A DNA stretch of 64,000 nt, from contig NC_043002.1 of NCBI RefSeq assembly GCF_006345805.1, forward strand, positions 118,792,001 to 118,856,000. The letters are read 5' to 3'. The notes under the pieces were generated by a model. That model did no database searches and was not told the DNA's origin. It saw nothing but the letters and a program-made list of their open reading frames with translations. This DNA is from Octopus sinensis. Taxonomy: Eukaryota. Below are positions 12,118 through 24,363 of the stretch, one piece after another (position 1 is the first letter of the stretch; the number at the start of each line of letters is the position of its first letter). A program made the position numbers and the translations under genes.

Positions 12118-12521
12118 GGTGCAGGAGTGGCTGTGTGGTAAGTAGCTTGTTTACCAACCACATGGTTCAGGGTTCAGTCCCACTGCGTGGCATCTTGGGC
12201 AAGTGTCTTCTACTATAGCCTCGGGCCGACCAAAGCCTTGTGAGTGGATTTGGTAGACGGAAACTGAAAGAAGCCCGTCGTATATATGTATATATATATG
12301 CGTGTGTGTGTTTGTGTGTCTGTGTTTGTTCCCCTAGCATTTCTTGACAACTGATGCTGGTGTGTTTGTGTGTCCGTTACTTAGCGGTTCGGCAAAAAGA
12401 GACCGATAGAATAAGTACTGGGCTTACAAAAGAATAAGTCCCGGGGTTGAGTTGCTCGATTAAAGGTGGTGCTCCAGCATGGCCGCAGTCAAATGACTGA
12501 AACAAGTAAAAGAGTAAAGAG
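12118..12521 (+). mobile_element. SINE family A, full length
   Basis: Complete family A consensus. Confidence 0.92.
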
Positions 12522-12900
12522 TATCCACCATAAAACTGCACCCAAATGTTTTCAAAGAGAATTTGAGAGCTGGATTCATGTTGAATAGTTTAGAGAAAGA
12601 ATTACAGAGTGTATAGACAAGTCACTCTACCAACACATGCTATTTAAATAACCTGTGTCAGTTAATGACAAATGCCCACTTTTGCATTACTTTTGGGCAA
12701 TCCTTCTGTGTGTGTGTGTATGCATATATATATAAAATAACGAAGACAGCTATACGCAATATAAAATCAAAGAGGAAAAATTCAATCATCACTAATTGTG
12801 ATTGACGGTGCAGGGTAGCACCTACATTGCTAGAAATATGAATTAAATATATATATATATTATCAACCACACATATCAATGTATGTGCTTTGCTTATTTG

Positions 12901-13065
12901 CCGGTATGGTGGAGATGTTTCCCTCGAAGCACCAGGATTTAAAACACCTGAAAGTCATAGACAGGTGAGATAGCTCATCCCAAATCCCATTCAGGAATGA
13001 TGAACATTGATGTTTCATCATTTATGTTTAACTTGTCTATGACTTTCAGGTGATTTAACTACCGG
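12901..13065. repeat. small hairpin / MITE-like element
   Basis: CACCTGAAAGTCATAGACA (12945-12963) is the exact reverse complement of TGTCTATGACTTTCAGGTG (13034-13052); outer CCGG ends. Confidence 0.55.
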
Positions 13066-13212
13066 TGCTGTGAGGAAGGCATCCCCACCATGCCAAATGC
13101 TGACCTATGGCCAACAAGCTGAGTACATATATTGCATATATTGAGTATGTGTGGTCAATAATGTTTACAACACTAGCACTGCTTCTAATTCATTTTTGAA
13201 TATATATATATA

Positions 13213-13415
13213 TACTTTATTTAAAGCAGCAGAAAATTCAACAAAACCTGTTACTCTGAGTTTCCCGTTGCCGTTCATCGGACAGTTTTTGCTAGAAAAC
13301 TCAGAGTAACAGGTTTTGTTGAATTTTTTGCTGCTTTAAATAAAGCATATTACTCTACCACTGGTATTTGAGTACTCTTTTTTTCCACCTTGTTTCACAT
13401 TTATGTGTTTACTCC

Positions 13416-13420
<5 letters not shown>
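13213..13420 (-). mobile_element. Penelope-like pLTR fragment with inverted arm, between (TA)n tracts
   Basis: Arms 13215-13263 and 13297-13345 are inverted; carries a hammerhead-like motif; flanked by TA repeats on both sides. Confidence 0.6.
13247..13286 (-). ncRNA. minimal type I hammerhead-like motif, variant core (CCGAUGA)
   Basis: ACTGT-CCGATGA-A-CG-GCAA-CG-G-GAAAC-TCAGA-GTA-ACAGG: stem I CTGT/ACAG, stem II with a GCAA tetraloop, quasi-palindromic stem III; U4C and weak stem II closure. Confidence 0.45.
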
Positions 13421-13472
<52 letters not shown>

Positions 13473-13956
13473 TCAGGATTAGGTTTCATATATAAATACA
13501 CGCACACACACACACCCACACACACACAGATACAAATAACTAAATATATTCAGGAGATAAACACATAGATATTTATGTATATAGACAAATAAATTTACAT
13601 TTGCATGGAGCATAAAAAAAATACAGAATACTAAGGAAAGAATGCATACGATTTCTAACTCTGCTGTTATCGGGAGGTCAGAATTACGTAACAGTCAGAA
13701 TGTTCATAATTAGGGGTGGAATGTGCCAAATTAGAGTGTGCATCTGCATCACTGTCTCCATATCAGCTCACCTAAATTTCTTTTATAGCCACTCTTTATC
13801 CCATGTACTTTGTCCTCAATAAAGATTTCTGAATTTAAGTTCAAATCATTTGGGTTCTACTACAAGTTTTCTATATTGAGCATCTCTATCTCTCACCTTT
13901 TGACCATGTGTGTGTGTGTGTGTATGTATATATATATATATAAATATCATCATCAT

Positions 13957-14190
13957 CATCATCATTTAACGTCCGTTTTCCGCGCTAGCACGGGTTGGAC
14001 GGTTTCGACCGGGGTCTGGGGAGCTCGGGACTGCCCCAGGCTCCAGTCTAGTCTGGCAGTGTTTCTACAGCTGGATGCCCTTCCTAACGCCAACCACTCC
14101 GCGAGTGTAGTGGGTGTTTTTTACGTGCCACCTGCACAGGTGCCAGAGGGGTCTGGCATCGGCCACGTTCGGATGGTGCTTTTTATGTGG
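13957..14190 (-). mobile_element. RTE 3' UTR (D)
   Basis: (CAT)n then reverse complement of the D tail and about one unit. Confidence 0.85.
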
Positions 14191-14587
14191 GGGGGGGGGA
14201 GAAATATAGGGGAGCACCAGTGGGGAGGGGTGGTTCAGAGAAATGATGACAGGTTCTAGGCAAGTAGAACGTAGGATATCAAGAGAGGGGTAATGCATCG
14301 TCAAATAGCGTATTGAAGAGGGGGGTTCGAAGAGTAGACACCTATAATGGTGGTGGGAGAAGCGACATCCGTATAGATGGAGCAAAAATATAGAGATATC
14401 CGGTATTGGTGGTGGGGGTGGGCAAGGGCGGGTGCACCGGGAATATGACGGGCTGGCTTAAAAATGCTCTTAGCAAAGGAAGAGGGGGGATGGCAGACAA
14501 CGTAAAAGAGGGAGAGAGAGAAGGGAAATAGTGGAACCCCGCGAAAATGGGCCGCCATTGAAAAAACCCCTGTATGGAGAAATAATA

Positions 14588-15417
<830 letters not shown>

Positions 15418-15487
15418 ACTGCCTGGAATCGAACTTGGAATCTTGGGGTTAATAGCTCGCGCACTTAACCATGATGCCATATGCCCG
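15418..15487 (-). mobile_element. tRNA-like SINE head of another family
   Basis: GGGCATATGGCATCATGGTTAAGTGCGCGAGCTATTAACCCCAAGATTCCAAGTTCGATTCCAGGC: A and B boxes; no canonical acceptor stem. Confidence 0.6.
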
Positions 15488-15895
15488 TGGGCCCACAGGC
15501 ATATGGCATAGTGGTTAAGAGCACTTATCCTTTACAGGTGCTGGTGCCACATAAAATGCATTTGTGCTGGTGCTGTGTGAATGCACCTGTGCTGGTGGCA
15601 CATAAAAAATACCCAGCACACTCTATAAAGTGGTTGGCGTTAGGAAGGGCATCCAGTCATAGAAACGATATCACAACAGATAAGTGGAGTCTGGACAGCT
15701 TCCCAGGTGGCCAGCTCCTGTCAACCTGTCCAAACCATACCAGCATGGAAAACGGAAATTAAACGATGATGAGGTATTTTTTCTTCTTACATTCAATTAT
15801 AACAACATAGTAATTTCCTGTTATAAATTATTCACATCCTACAGAGAATAAATTTAGCATGATTTCTAGTTATGTTTAGTATTGTATAACATATA

Positions 15896-16313
15896 GGTGC
15901 AGGAGTGGCTGTGTGGTAAGTAGCTTGCTAACCAACCACATGGTTCCGGGTACAGTCCCACTGCGTAGCACCTTGCACAAGTGTCTTCTGCTATAGCCTC
16001 GGGCCGACCAATGCCTTGTGAGTGGATTTGGTAGACGGAAACTGAAAGAAGCCTGTCGTATATATGTATATATATATATAAGTGTGTGTGTATATGTTTG
16101 TGTGTCTGTGTTTGTCCCCCTAGCATTGCTTGACAACCGATGCTGGTGTGTTTATGTCCCCGTCACTTAGCGGTTCGGCAAAAGAGACCGATAGAATAAG
16201 TACTGGACTTACAAAGAATAAGTCCTGGGATCGATTTGCTCGACTAAAGGCGGTGCTCCAGCATGGCTGCAGTCAAATGACTGAAACAAGTAAAAGAGTA
16301 AAAGAGTAAAGAG
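15896..16313 (+). mobile_element. SINE family A, full length
   Basis: Complete family A consensus. Confidence 0.92.
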
Positions 16314-16319
16314 TATATA

Positions 16320-18303
16320 CACAATTTTATAACAAGTTATTATAATAACAGCCAGAATTATAACTAACTAACAGAGATACCAGGCATTGCTCAGGATTAA
16401 AATGGCATAGTTTGTATATGTATCACATTTATGTTGAAATAGGTGATACTGAAAAGTGCAGCATTGATGACAAAACATTTGTGGAGTAAATGATGGGCTA
16501 ATTTGTCTAAGCAGCATGTCCTGCCTCTGTTTGGAGTGTTCCAGGCCCTAACCTGTCCTGGAAATTGGGGGTATGTGATTTTTGAACATACCAAAAAGCT
16601 GTCTGTGGATGTACTCTCTTTTGCAGCAGTTGGCACTGCATCTAACACGACCCATCATCTGCAGTTTTGACACCTCCTTCAGGTTTGTCGTTCTACATCA
16701 CTCACCAAGTAAATTTGGAGGAAGTGTAGTTGTACATTTGTGGGTAACAGGAAAGCAATGAGGTGACAGACTTGCCCTTGAATGTTGGCGTAAATCTATG
16801 TTCAACTATCTCCTTGGATGCAACAAATGATGTCATTTGAAATGCAGAGTTGTATTACTCTTTTTCTACTTGTTTCAGTCATTTGACTGCGGCCATGCTG
16901 GAGCACCGCCTTTTAGTCGAGCAAATCGACCCCGGGACTTATTCTTTTGTAAGCCCAGTACTTATTCTATCGGTCTCTTTTGCCGAACCGCTAAGTAACG
17001 GGGACATAAACACACCAGCATCGGTTGTCAAGCAATGCTAGGGGGACAAACACAGACACACAAACCCCCCCCCACACACACACACACATATATATACATA
17101 TATACGACGGGCTTCTTTCAGTTTCCGTCTACCAAATCCACTCACAAGGCTTTGGTCGGCCCGAGGCTATAGTAGAAGACACTTGCCCAAGGTGCCACAC
17201 AGTGAGACTGAACCCGGAACCATGTGGTTGGTTAGCAAGCTACTTACCACACAGCCACTCCTGCGCCTATTGTCTGATATTGTTCGGAATATCCTTTCAC
17301 TGGATGGAAGTGCCTTCCAGAAGGTCTATGAAAGGTTGAGGAGGAACTGATAGTGCTGGCAATCTTACCTTACTGCCTGAACAGCACATGCCATTAGTTT
17401 CATTTGGAAATTTTGGGAAAGTCTCATCTCCCTTCTCTCTTAAGACACCATTTGACATGTTGCAGTATGCCTTTGCTGATCTTGTGAAAGTGTCATCTCG
17501 CTTCTCTCTTGAGACTCCATTTGACGTGCATTTGCTGATTTTGTGAAAGTCACATCTCCATTCTGTTCTGAAATTTCATCTAATGTGCTGCAGTATACCT
17601 TTGCTGATCCTGAGAAAGTCTCATTTCCCTTCTCTCTTGAGACTCCATTTGACTTACTGCAGCATGCATTTGCTGATCTTGTGAAAGTCTTATCTTCCTT
17701 CTCTCTTAAGACTGCATATGACATGCTGCAGCATGCATTTGCTGATCCTGAGAAAGTCTCATCTCCTTTCACTCATGAGATTCTCGCCTTCCGTTTTCTA
17801 CAGTCCTCCTTGCTTTATAGTTGTTTCTAGAGAGATTACATCTTTTCTTTGGTGGCATCTTCAATAATTTCAGTAACAAAAATTTATACATTAATCTCTA
17901 TTTTTGTAAACAGTTGTATGTATGTAGTATAAACAATATTATAGTCTTACCAAAAGTGTAAAAATAAAAGTGAAAGAATAAAAGCAAAAGTGTTATACCA
18001 CTGAAAAAAAAAAAATTGGAGGGGTAGTTTGGGGGTGGGGACTTCAGCCCCCTATATGGGCAAGGGCCAAAATTTTTCTCCCTCCCCTAGAGCCTTCCCC
18101 CAATAATGAAAAACTTTAATGCCAAAAATTGGGTCGTGTAGGAGGAGCTACAGCCCCCTATATGGGCAAGGACCTAAATTTGACGCCCTTAGAACCTTCC
18201 CTGAGTAATGAAAAACCTTTATGCCAAACTTGGTGCAGATTGGTCCAGCAGTTTGGCTGTGCATAGAGGACACACACACACACGGTCAATTTTATATATC
18301 AGA
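16320..18303 (-). mobile_element. 5' portion of a decayed autonomous Helitron (Rep/Helicase N-terminus)
   Basis: 5' end A|TCTGATATATAAAA at 18303; ATG at 17858 gives MPPKKRCNLSRNNYKARR, then 23-aa RLSQDQQ..ES.E repeats, then NETNGMCCSGSKVRLP..PPQP..NNIRQYNSAFQMTSF..PTFK/GQVCH..FLQIY, the classic Helitron N-terminal motifs; stops, frameshifts and a SINE insertion. Confidence 0.88.
16853..17268 (-). mobile_element. SINE family A inserted in the Helitron ORF
   Basis: Interrupts the IRQ|YNSAF codons. Confidence 0.92.
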
Positions 18304-18743
18304 TTTTGATTTTATAATTAAAATGCAAATGCATGTAGAACATTTTACAAAACTTATGTAAATGTATTCAATCCCCTCAGTCACCTCTTCTCTGCCACCA
18401 ATTGCCTCCCGTTTTTTTCCTTGAGTTACACATTATTTTTATTAGCCATTGACTTATGTTCATTTGACTTCTGCCTTGTCTATCACTGTACCTCCTCCTA
18501 CCCACCAACTCACACATATCACCCTGACAGTTTTATTATTTTGCTGCTCACCTGCCCTTTTTCTTATGTCATTTTTCCCCTCCTCTCTCCTAAGCCACTT
18601 CTATTTCATACCACTTTCTCTCCAGTCTTGTTCACCATTCACTTTATAAATCTCTATCCCTTTCTCTATTTGTTAATCTCCTCCTATCTTTTGTCCCCTC
18701 ATCACCACCATCTTATTTCTCTTCCTAACTACTCCCACACACC

Positions 18744-18813
<70 letters not shown>

Positions 18814-18816
<3 letters not shown>

Positions 18817-19146
18817 GGCGAGCTGGCAGAAACGTTAGTATGTGGGTGAAATGCTTAGCGGTATTTCATCTGCCGCTACGTTCTGAGTTCAAATTCCGCC
18901 GAGGTGACTTTGCCTTTCTTCCTTTTGGGGTCGATTAAATAAGTACCAGTTACGCACTGGGGTTGATATAATCGACTTAATCCGTTTGTCTGTCCTTGTT
19001 TGTCCCCTCTATGTTTAACCTCTTGTGGGTAGTAAAGAAAAAAAAATATATACATATAAGTCCCGGGGTCGAGTTGCTCGACTAAAGGCGGTGCTCCAGC
19101 ATGGCCGCAGTCAAATGACTGAAACAAGTAAAAGAATCAAAGAGTC
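18814..19146 (+). mobile_element. SINE family C followed by SINE A 3' tail
   Basis: Full family C after (TA)n, then the family A tail at 19057-19146. Confidence 0.85.
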
Positions 19147-19249
19147 AAGAGTCATATATATATTATATATATATATATGCACCATAGCTATGTATCTCCT
19201 TTACAGCAAGTCACCTGTTCCTATCCCTCTTTATATTTTAGCCTTTCAA

Positions 19250-19677
19250 CACTGAGCATCAAGCGACCTCCCTCCCTCCCTCCCTTACACTCTCAAGGAT
19301 TTTTCTGTTGCAAATTACTTGGCAGCCTCATTCGCCTCCTTATGAGAGCTCAAAATCTCTCGTTGAAGCGCCATCCAATCAAAATACAAATATGTGGGGA
19401 AACTACTACCTGTGTGATCTCTTGTGAAAGGTAAGAGAGTCCAGTTTGCTGGACATTGTTGTAGAGCTGAAAAAGAGGTAATTTCTACTCTTCTCCTCTG
19501 GAAGCCATCTACTCGCATTACCAGAGGGCGCACACTCTCCTACCCTGATGTAATCTCCAGGGATACAGGCATCCAGCAACAAGACCTCCGTAATGCCATG
19601 GTGGACCGTGAAGTCTGGCGTAGCATGGTAAATTCCATTGTCTCGACCACAGTCGAACAATGATGATGATGATGATG
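19250..19677 (+). mobile_element. RTE-clade LINE 3' end
   Basis: KGKRVQFAGHCCRAEKEVISTLLLW...DLRNAMVDREVWRSMV then (GAT)n tail. Confidence 0.85.
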
Positions 19678-20046
19678 TTGATACCACAAAAAAAAAAGCA
19701 CCCAGTACACTCTATACAGTGGTTGGCATTTAGGAAGGGCATTCAGCCATAGAAAGTATGTCAAAGCAGATACTGGAGCTCAATGTGTCCCTTGACTTGT
19801 CAGATTGTGTTGAACCATCTGCCCATGTCAGCATAGAGGCAGACATTAAATGATGATGATGATGATGATGATATATATAGACATATGCACATACGCTCAC
19901 ACAGTCTATCTTTTCTGGCATGAAAAAAATAATTAAAAAAACACTTTAATTGTGCTGCTTCTTTTGAATTTATTGGATATTTTTAAATGTTAAAATATGT
20001 TCTTTGTAAGGAGCATTTAAACACAAGTGTCACCTTTTCTCTTCTG

Positions 20047-20094
<48 letters not shown>

Positions 20095-20503
20095 TAGCTC
20101 ACACTTAAAGTGTCTCACCTCATAATTAAAGCAAAACAACTCTTTAAGCCATGCAAATGCAATGTGACATCTGTTGAAAGACCTGAATGTTAAGCTGACA
20201 AAATCAAAGCAAGTGTGCAAATAATTGATTGTATTCATTCAACTAAATGTCTTGCTATCTAAATAACTTCAAACTTAACCAGTATTATCATCACTGACAA
20301 GAACAGACAACCAAATGAATAGTGCTATGTAACAATGCATTATTCTGTCTTTCTTCTCCTCCTTACTCTTGTTTTCTAGTCCTGAATCAGATCTGATTGA
20401 GCAGAACTATGATCAAAATCAATCAAGTCATGAACATCATGTCCTTTTTCTGTATCTATGACTATGTTTGACTATTGTGTCCTTCCTTTCTTTCATTTTT
20501 TTT

Positions 20504-20731
20504 TTAACCCTTTCGTTACCAACCTGGCTGAAACCGGCTCTGGCTCTGAGTACAAATGTCTTGTTTTCATAAGTTTTGAATTCAAATCTTCCACCAAATC
20601 TTAGTCACAATATATGCTCCTAACACTAGCTCAATGATAACTAAGTTATTTTACTAAATTCTTTGTTATATTTAAAATAATTGAAAGAAACACAGAACAT
20701 CTCAAAATAAATACAGTAATGAAAGGGTTAA
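20504..20731. mobile_element. piggyBac-type MITE
   Basis: TTAA-flanked, reverse orientation relative to the 2942 copy. Confidence 0.85.
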
Positions 20732-20952
20732 TAGAGCTCAAATATAAAGGAAGTTTGGCTGCTGTTTCTAGCAGGTCAAGCAATAACATAGAGACTTCTT
20801 GTCTATCTGCAGGTCAGTTCTGATCAGATACACTCCTGAAACATTTGTCTTTCTCTGTTGGCTTTTGCTTGTAAAATTTATATGCATTAACTCTTCATCT
20901 CCTCTTCCTTGTTGTTAGTGGTTTTCTATCCCAGCTCTGTCAATTCATTTAC

Positions 20953-21569
20953 TCTCTTTTACTCTTTTACTTGTTTCAGTCATTTGACTGTGACCATGCT
21001 GGAGCATCGCCTTTAGTCGAGCAAATCGACCCCGGAACTTATTCTTTTGTAAGCCCAGTACTTATTCTATCGGTCTCTTTTGCCGAACCGCTAAGTGACG
21101 GGGACGTAAACACACCAGCATCGGTTGTCAAGCAATGCTAGGGGGACAAACACAGACACAAACATATACACTCACATACATATATATATATATATATACT
21201 TTGTATTGCATTACTGATATTTTGAAACTTCTTCACCGTTTCTCATACTGTTAGCGTTCCGCATTTCAGTCGAGTCTTAGTATTAATGTGGTAACATCGT
21301 AGATTTCGTCTTGGTATATGTTTGGCTGATGAAGGTAAAACAAATATGGGTGAAGACATATCTTGTAAACCAAACCTGCAGGTACCACATTATCCTTTTC
21401 GGGTATTTCATCTTTCAATGTTCTCCCTGGAGGTAAGACGTTTTTTTTTCTCTAATTTGTTGCACACACGCATTTTGCTAATACATACGCGGTGAAGCTA
21501 CACATTAGCGTCGATTTTTACGTTCGCTATTTCCAGTAAATATCGGTACTAGTTGTGCCATTTATTTAC

Positions 21570-21612
<43 letters not shown>

Positions 21613-21768
21613 GACAGGCTTCTTTGAGTTTCCGTCTACCAAATCCACTCACAGGCATTGGTCGGCCCGGGGCTATAGCAGAAGACACTTGCCCAAGATG
21701 CCACACAGTGGGACTGAACCCGGAACCATGTGGTTGGTTAGCAAGCTACTTACCACACAGCCACTCCT
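20953..21768 (-). mobile_element. SINE family A split at its internal (TA)n by a ~380-bp insertion
   Basis: 3' half at 20953-21198, 5' half at 21577-21768, collinear, with (TA)n on both sides of the insert. Confidence 0.85.
21318..21390 (+). ncRNA. type I hammerhead motif, damaged at G12
   Basis: ATGTTTGG-CTGATGA-A-GGT..ACAAATATG/CATATCTTGT..ACC-[G missing]AAAC-CTGCAG-GTA-CCACAT; palindromic ACCTGCAGGT stem III, long stem II. Confidence 0.6.
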
Positions 21769-22591
21769 ACACCATTTGTTAGTGTTTTACAAACATTACT
21801 AGTTTCCCACTTATGTTATTTGCAGCACTCTCTTCATGAAAATCTTTGAAGATATTTACATACTTTAGCCTGTTTCCAGACACCTTTCATGGATTGTTTT
21901 GTAATTCTTTCCTACACTTTACCTGTATTTCTAATTGCATTCAAAGCATCTTTTGTTTTTGTATTTGGTTTACAGGACTCTTGATGTGAACTCATGTACT
22001 GAAACAGGTTTTGAAGAGGTTGCGAGTGATGATGAAACCACTCTTGGTTAACACAACTAATTGATTGGTTAAACAAATGATTAATCAAACAATTAATTAG
22101 TTGGTTAAATAGTTAACCAACTGAGTTATAATGAAGTGAAACTGAGCCAGTGCATGTTTATCATTGGTATAATGGTCCTCTCAAGATTCAAAATGTACTT
22201 TTTTCCCAAAATTACTGAGTGAAGTACTGGGGTTTGTTCTATCATTGAAATGCTATTTACGATTTACTTGTTTTACAAATCAATTTTCACCATTGAAATT
22301 GATTAAAATATAATTAATCCATTCCAGATCCCAAAAATAAAAAAACTGACTCAAACTGTGACAGCCTATCCCACCCATATCTGCTTGAGAAGTGGGTGTA
22401 AAATGACGATGATATATGTGTGTGGTTAGAGCCTTTGTAAACAAATGTTATATAAGATTCTGTTTACCCTATTTTATAAAAACAGGTTATCCTACAGGCA
22501 ATTAGTAGACATGAGCCACTATATGTGATTATCAAATTTGTTCTTCTTCTTGTTGTTGTTGTTTAAATAAAATTTATTTTAATAACTATAA

Positions 22592-22996
22592 TGGAGTGGC
22601 TGTGTGGTAAGTAGCTTGCTAACCAACCACATGGTTGCGGGTTCAGTCCCACTGCATGGCATCTTGGGCAAGTGACTTCTGCTATAGCCCCGGGCCAACC
22701 AATGCCTTGTGAGTGGATTTGGTAGACGGAAACTGAAAGAAGCCTGTCGTATATATGTATATATATATATGTATATATATGTATGTGTGTGTCTGTGTTT
22801 GTCCCCCTAGCATTGCTTGACAACCGATGCTGGTGTGTTTACGTCCCCGTCACTTAGTGGTTCGGCAAAAGAGACCGATAGAATAAGTACTGGGCTTACA
22901 AGAAGAATAAGTCCCGGGGTCGATTTGCTCGACTAAAGGTGGTGCTCCAGCATGGCCGCAGTCAAATGACTGAAACAAGTAAAAGAGTAAAAGGGA
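22592..22996 (+). mobile_element. SINE family A
   Basis: Complete family A consensus. Confidence 0.9.
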
Positions 22997-23299
22997 GAGA
23001 GAGTTATATCTAAAGTAGTAAGAATTCAAACAGTTTGACTAAAATGCATGCCACGAAGAGGAAGAGGCATAGTGTAGGTTTTTAATTTGATCATTAGTGA
23101 TTCTCAGTCCCGGGCAACTAATATGTTCTATAGAAAATATATTTTCAAGCAGACTTTGTGGCTCGAAAGTTAACAATGACACTTGTTATAATTGTTAAGT
23201 TTCCTTTTCTATTGACGCTTTTAACTCTGAGAACCGGTAATTGCTGATAAATACAGTATTTTGTAGAACCATGTTTCCTGGTGAGAAATATCTGCTATC

Positions 23300-23535
23300 A
23301 ATAATAAATCTCTGAACGAGGTATAAACAGTAACTGCACAACAATGTGAGGTATATTTGCCATCTCAATATGGCTAACCACTAAGGGTGGGTGTTACTGT
23401 AGCTTGTAGCCCCAGGAGAACATCTCCTCCAGCTACAGTAACACCCACCTTTAGTGGTTAGCCATATTGAGATGGCAAATATACCTCACATTGTTGTGCA
23501 GTTACTGTTTATACCTCATTCAGAGATTTATTATT
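23300..23535. repeat. long inverted repeat (105-bp arms, 26-bp spacer) made of a hammerhead-element tail
   Basis: 23300-23404 is the reverse complement of 23431-23535 with about 2 mismatches; the sequence matches the tail at 24150-24235. Confidence 0.9.
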
Positions 23536-23590
23536 GCTTGCATACAGTTTTTCGAGATTAGTGATGAAAAGTTACTGGAAAAACGATATA

Positions 23591-23965
23591 GGCGCAGGAG
23601 TGGCTGTGTGGTAAGTATCTTGCTAACCAACTACATGGTTGCGGGTTCAGTCCCACTGCGTGGCACCTTGGGCAAGTGTCTTCTGCTATAGCCCCAGGCC
23701 GACCAATGCCTTGTGAGTGGATTTGGTAGACGGAAACTCAAAATGTATATATGTATATATATGTATGTGTTTGTGTGTCTGTGTTTGTCCCCCTAGCATT
23801 GCTTGACAACCAATGCTGGTGTGTTTACATCCCCGTCACTTAGCGGTTCGGCAAAAGAGACCGATAGAATAAGTACTGGGCTTACAAAGAATAAGTCCCG
23901 GGGTTGATTTGCTCGACTAAAGGCGGTGCTCCAGCATGGCCGCAGTCAAATGACTGAAACAAGTA
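23591..23965 (+). mobile_element. SINE family A
   Basis: Family A consensus with a small internal deletion. Confidence 0.9.
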
Positions 23966-23983
23966 AAAAAAAAAATAAAATAA

Positions 23984-24236
23984 GTATTTGCATAGGGACT
24001 CCTTTCATCGAAAACCGGTGATTGTCGTACGCTGATGACAGGTCAATACCTAGAAACTGCAGTCCGTGCGTATCACTTATGTTGACAAGGAAGGATGACC
24101 TCCCTTTGCAAATATCTTAAGGGCGCAGAAAGTGTGCCTAAAGCCAGCTGGAGGAGATGTTCTCCTGGGGCTACAAGCTACAGTAACACGCACCCTTAGT
24201 GGTTAGCCATATTGAGATGGCAAATATACCTCACAA
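23984..24236 (+). mobile_element. hammerhead-bearing Penelope-like pLTR fragment
   Basis: Hammerhead followed by a ~165-bp tail that recurs as inverted repeats on either side. PLE assignment is inferred. Confidence 0.6.
24018..24076 (+). ncRNA. type I hammerhead ribozyme, intact core
   Basis: GTGAT-TGT-CGTACG-CTGATGA-C-AGGT-CAAT-ACCT-A-GAAAC-TGCA-GTC-CGTGCG-T-ATCAC: bipartite stem I, 4-bp stem II (C.A at 10.1-11.1), palindromic TGCA loop III, GUC triplet at 24062-24064. Confidence 0.8.
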
Positions 24237-24363
24237 TATCTGCTATGTTTGATGGGAAAAAATGTATTGCACCTTCTTTTTCAAAGAAGGTGCAACATTT
24301 GAAGTATATTATATACCTATTGGAAATATAATTAGACTCATTTCCAGTATACATACTCTAGTA

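Larger units (their letters stand above)
10677..12706 (+). mobile_element. decayed mariner element with nested SINE A (10760-11014, 12118-12521) and CR1
   Basis: Imperfect TIRs CGAAGGTTGCGCCAAAGTAATGCAAAAGTGG (10677) / CCACTTTTGCATTACTTTTGGGCAATCCTTC (12676-12706); eroded transposase (GYEKVCAKWVH near 11390). Confidence 0.7.

Noticed and set aside
17440-17772. 110-aa Cys-rich repeat ORF in the track (MKGDETFSGSANACCS...)
   Set aside because: Wrong frame; the alternate frame matches the Helitron N-terminal repeats.
20048-20090. ~43-nt poly(T) as a retrocopy tail
   Set aside because: No polyadenylation signal, TSD or coding sequence adjacent; treated as a homopolymer.
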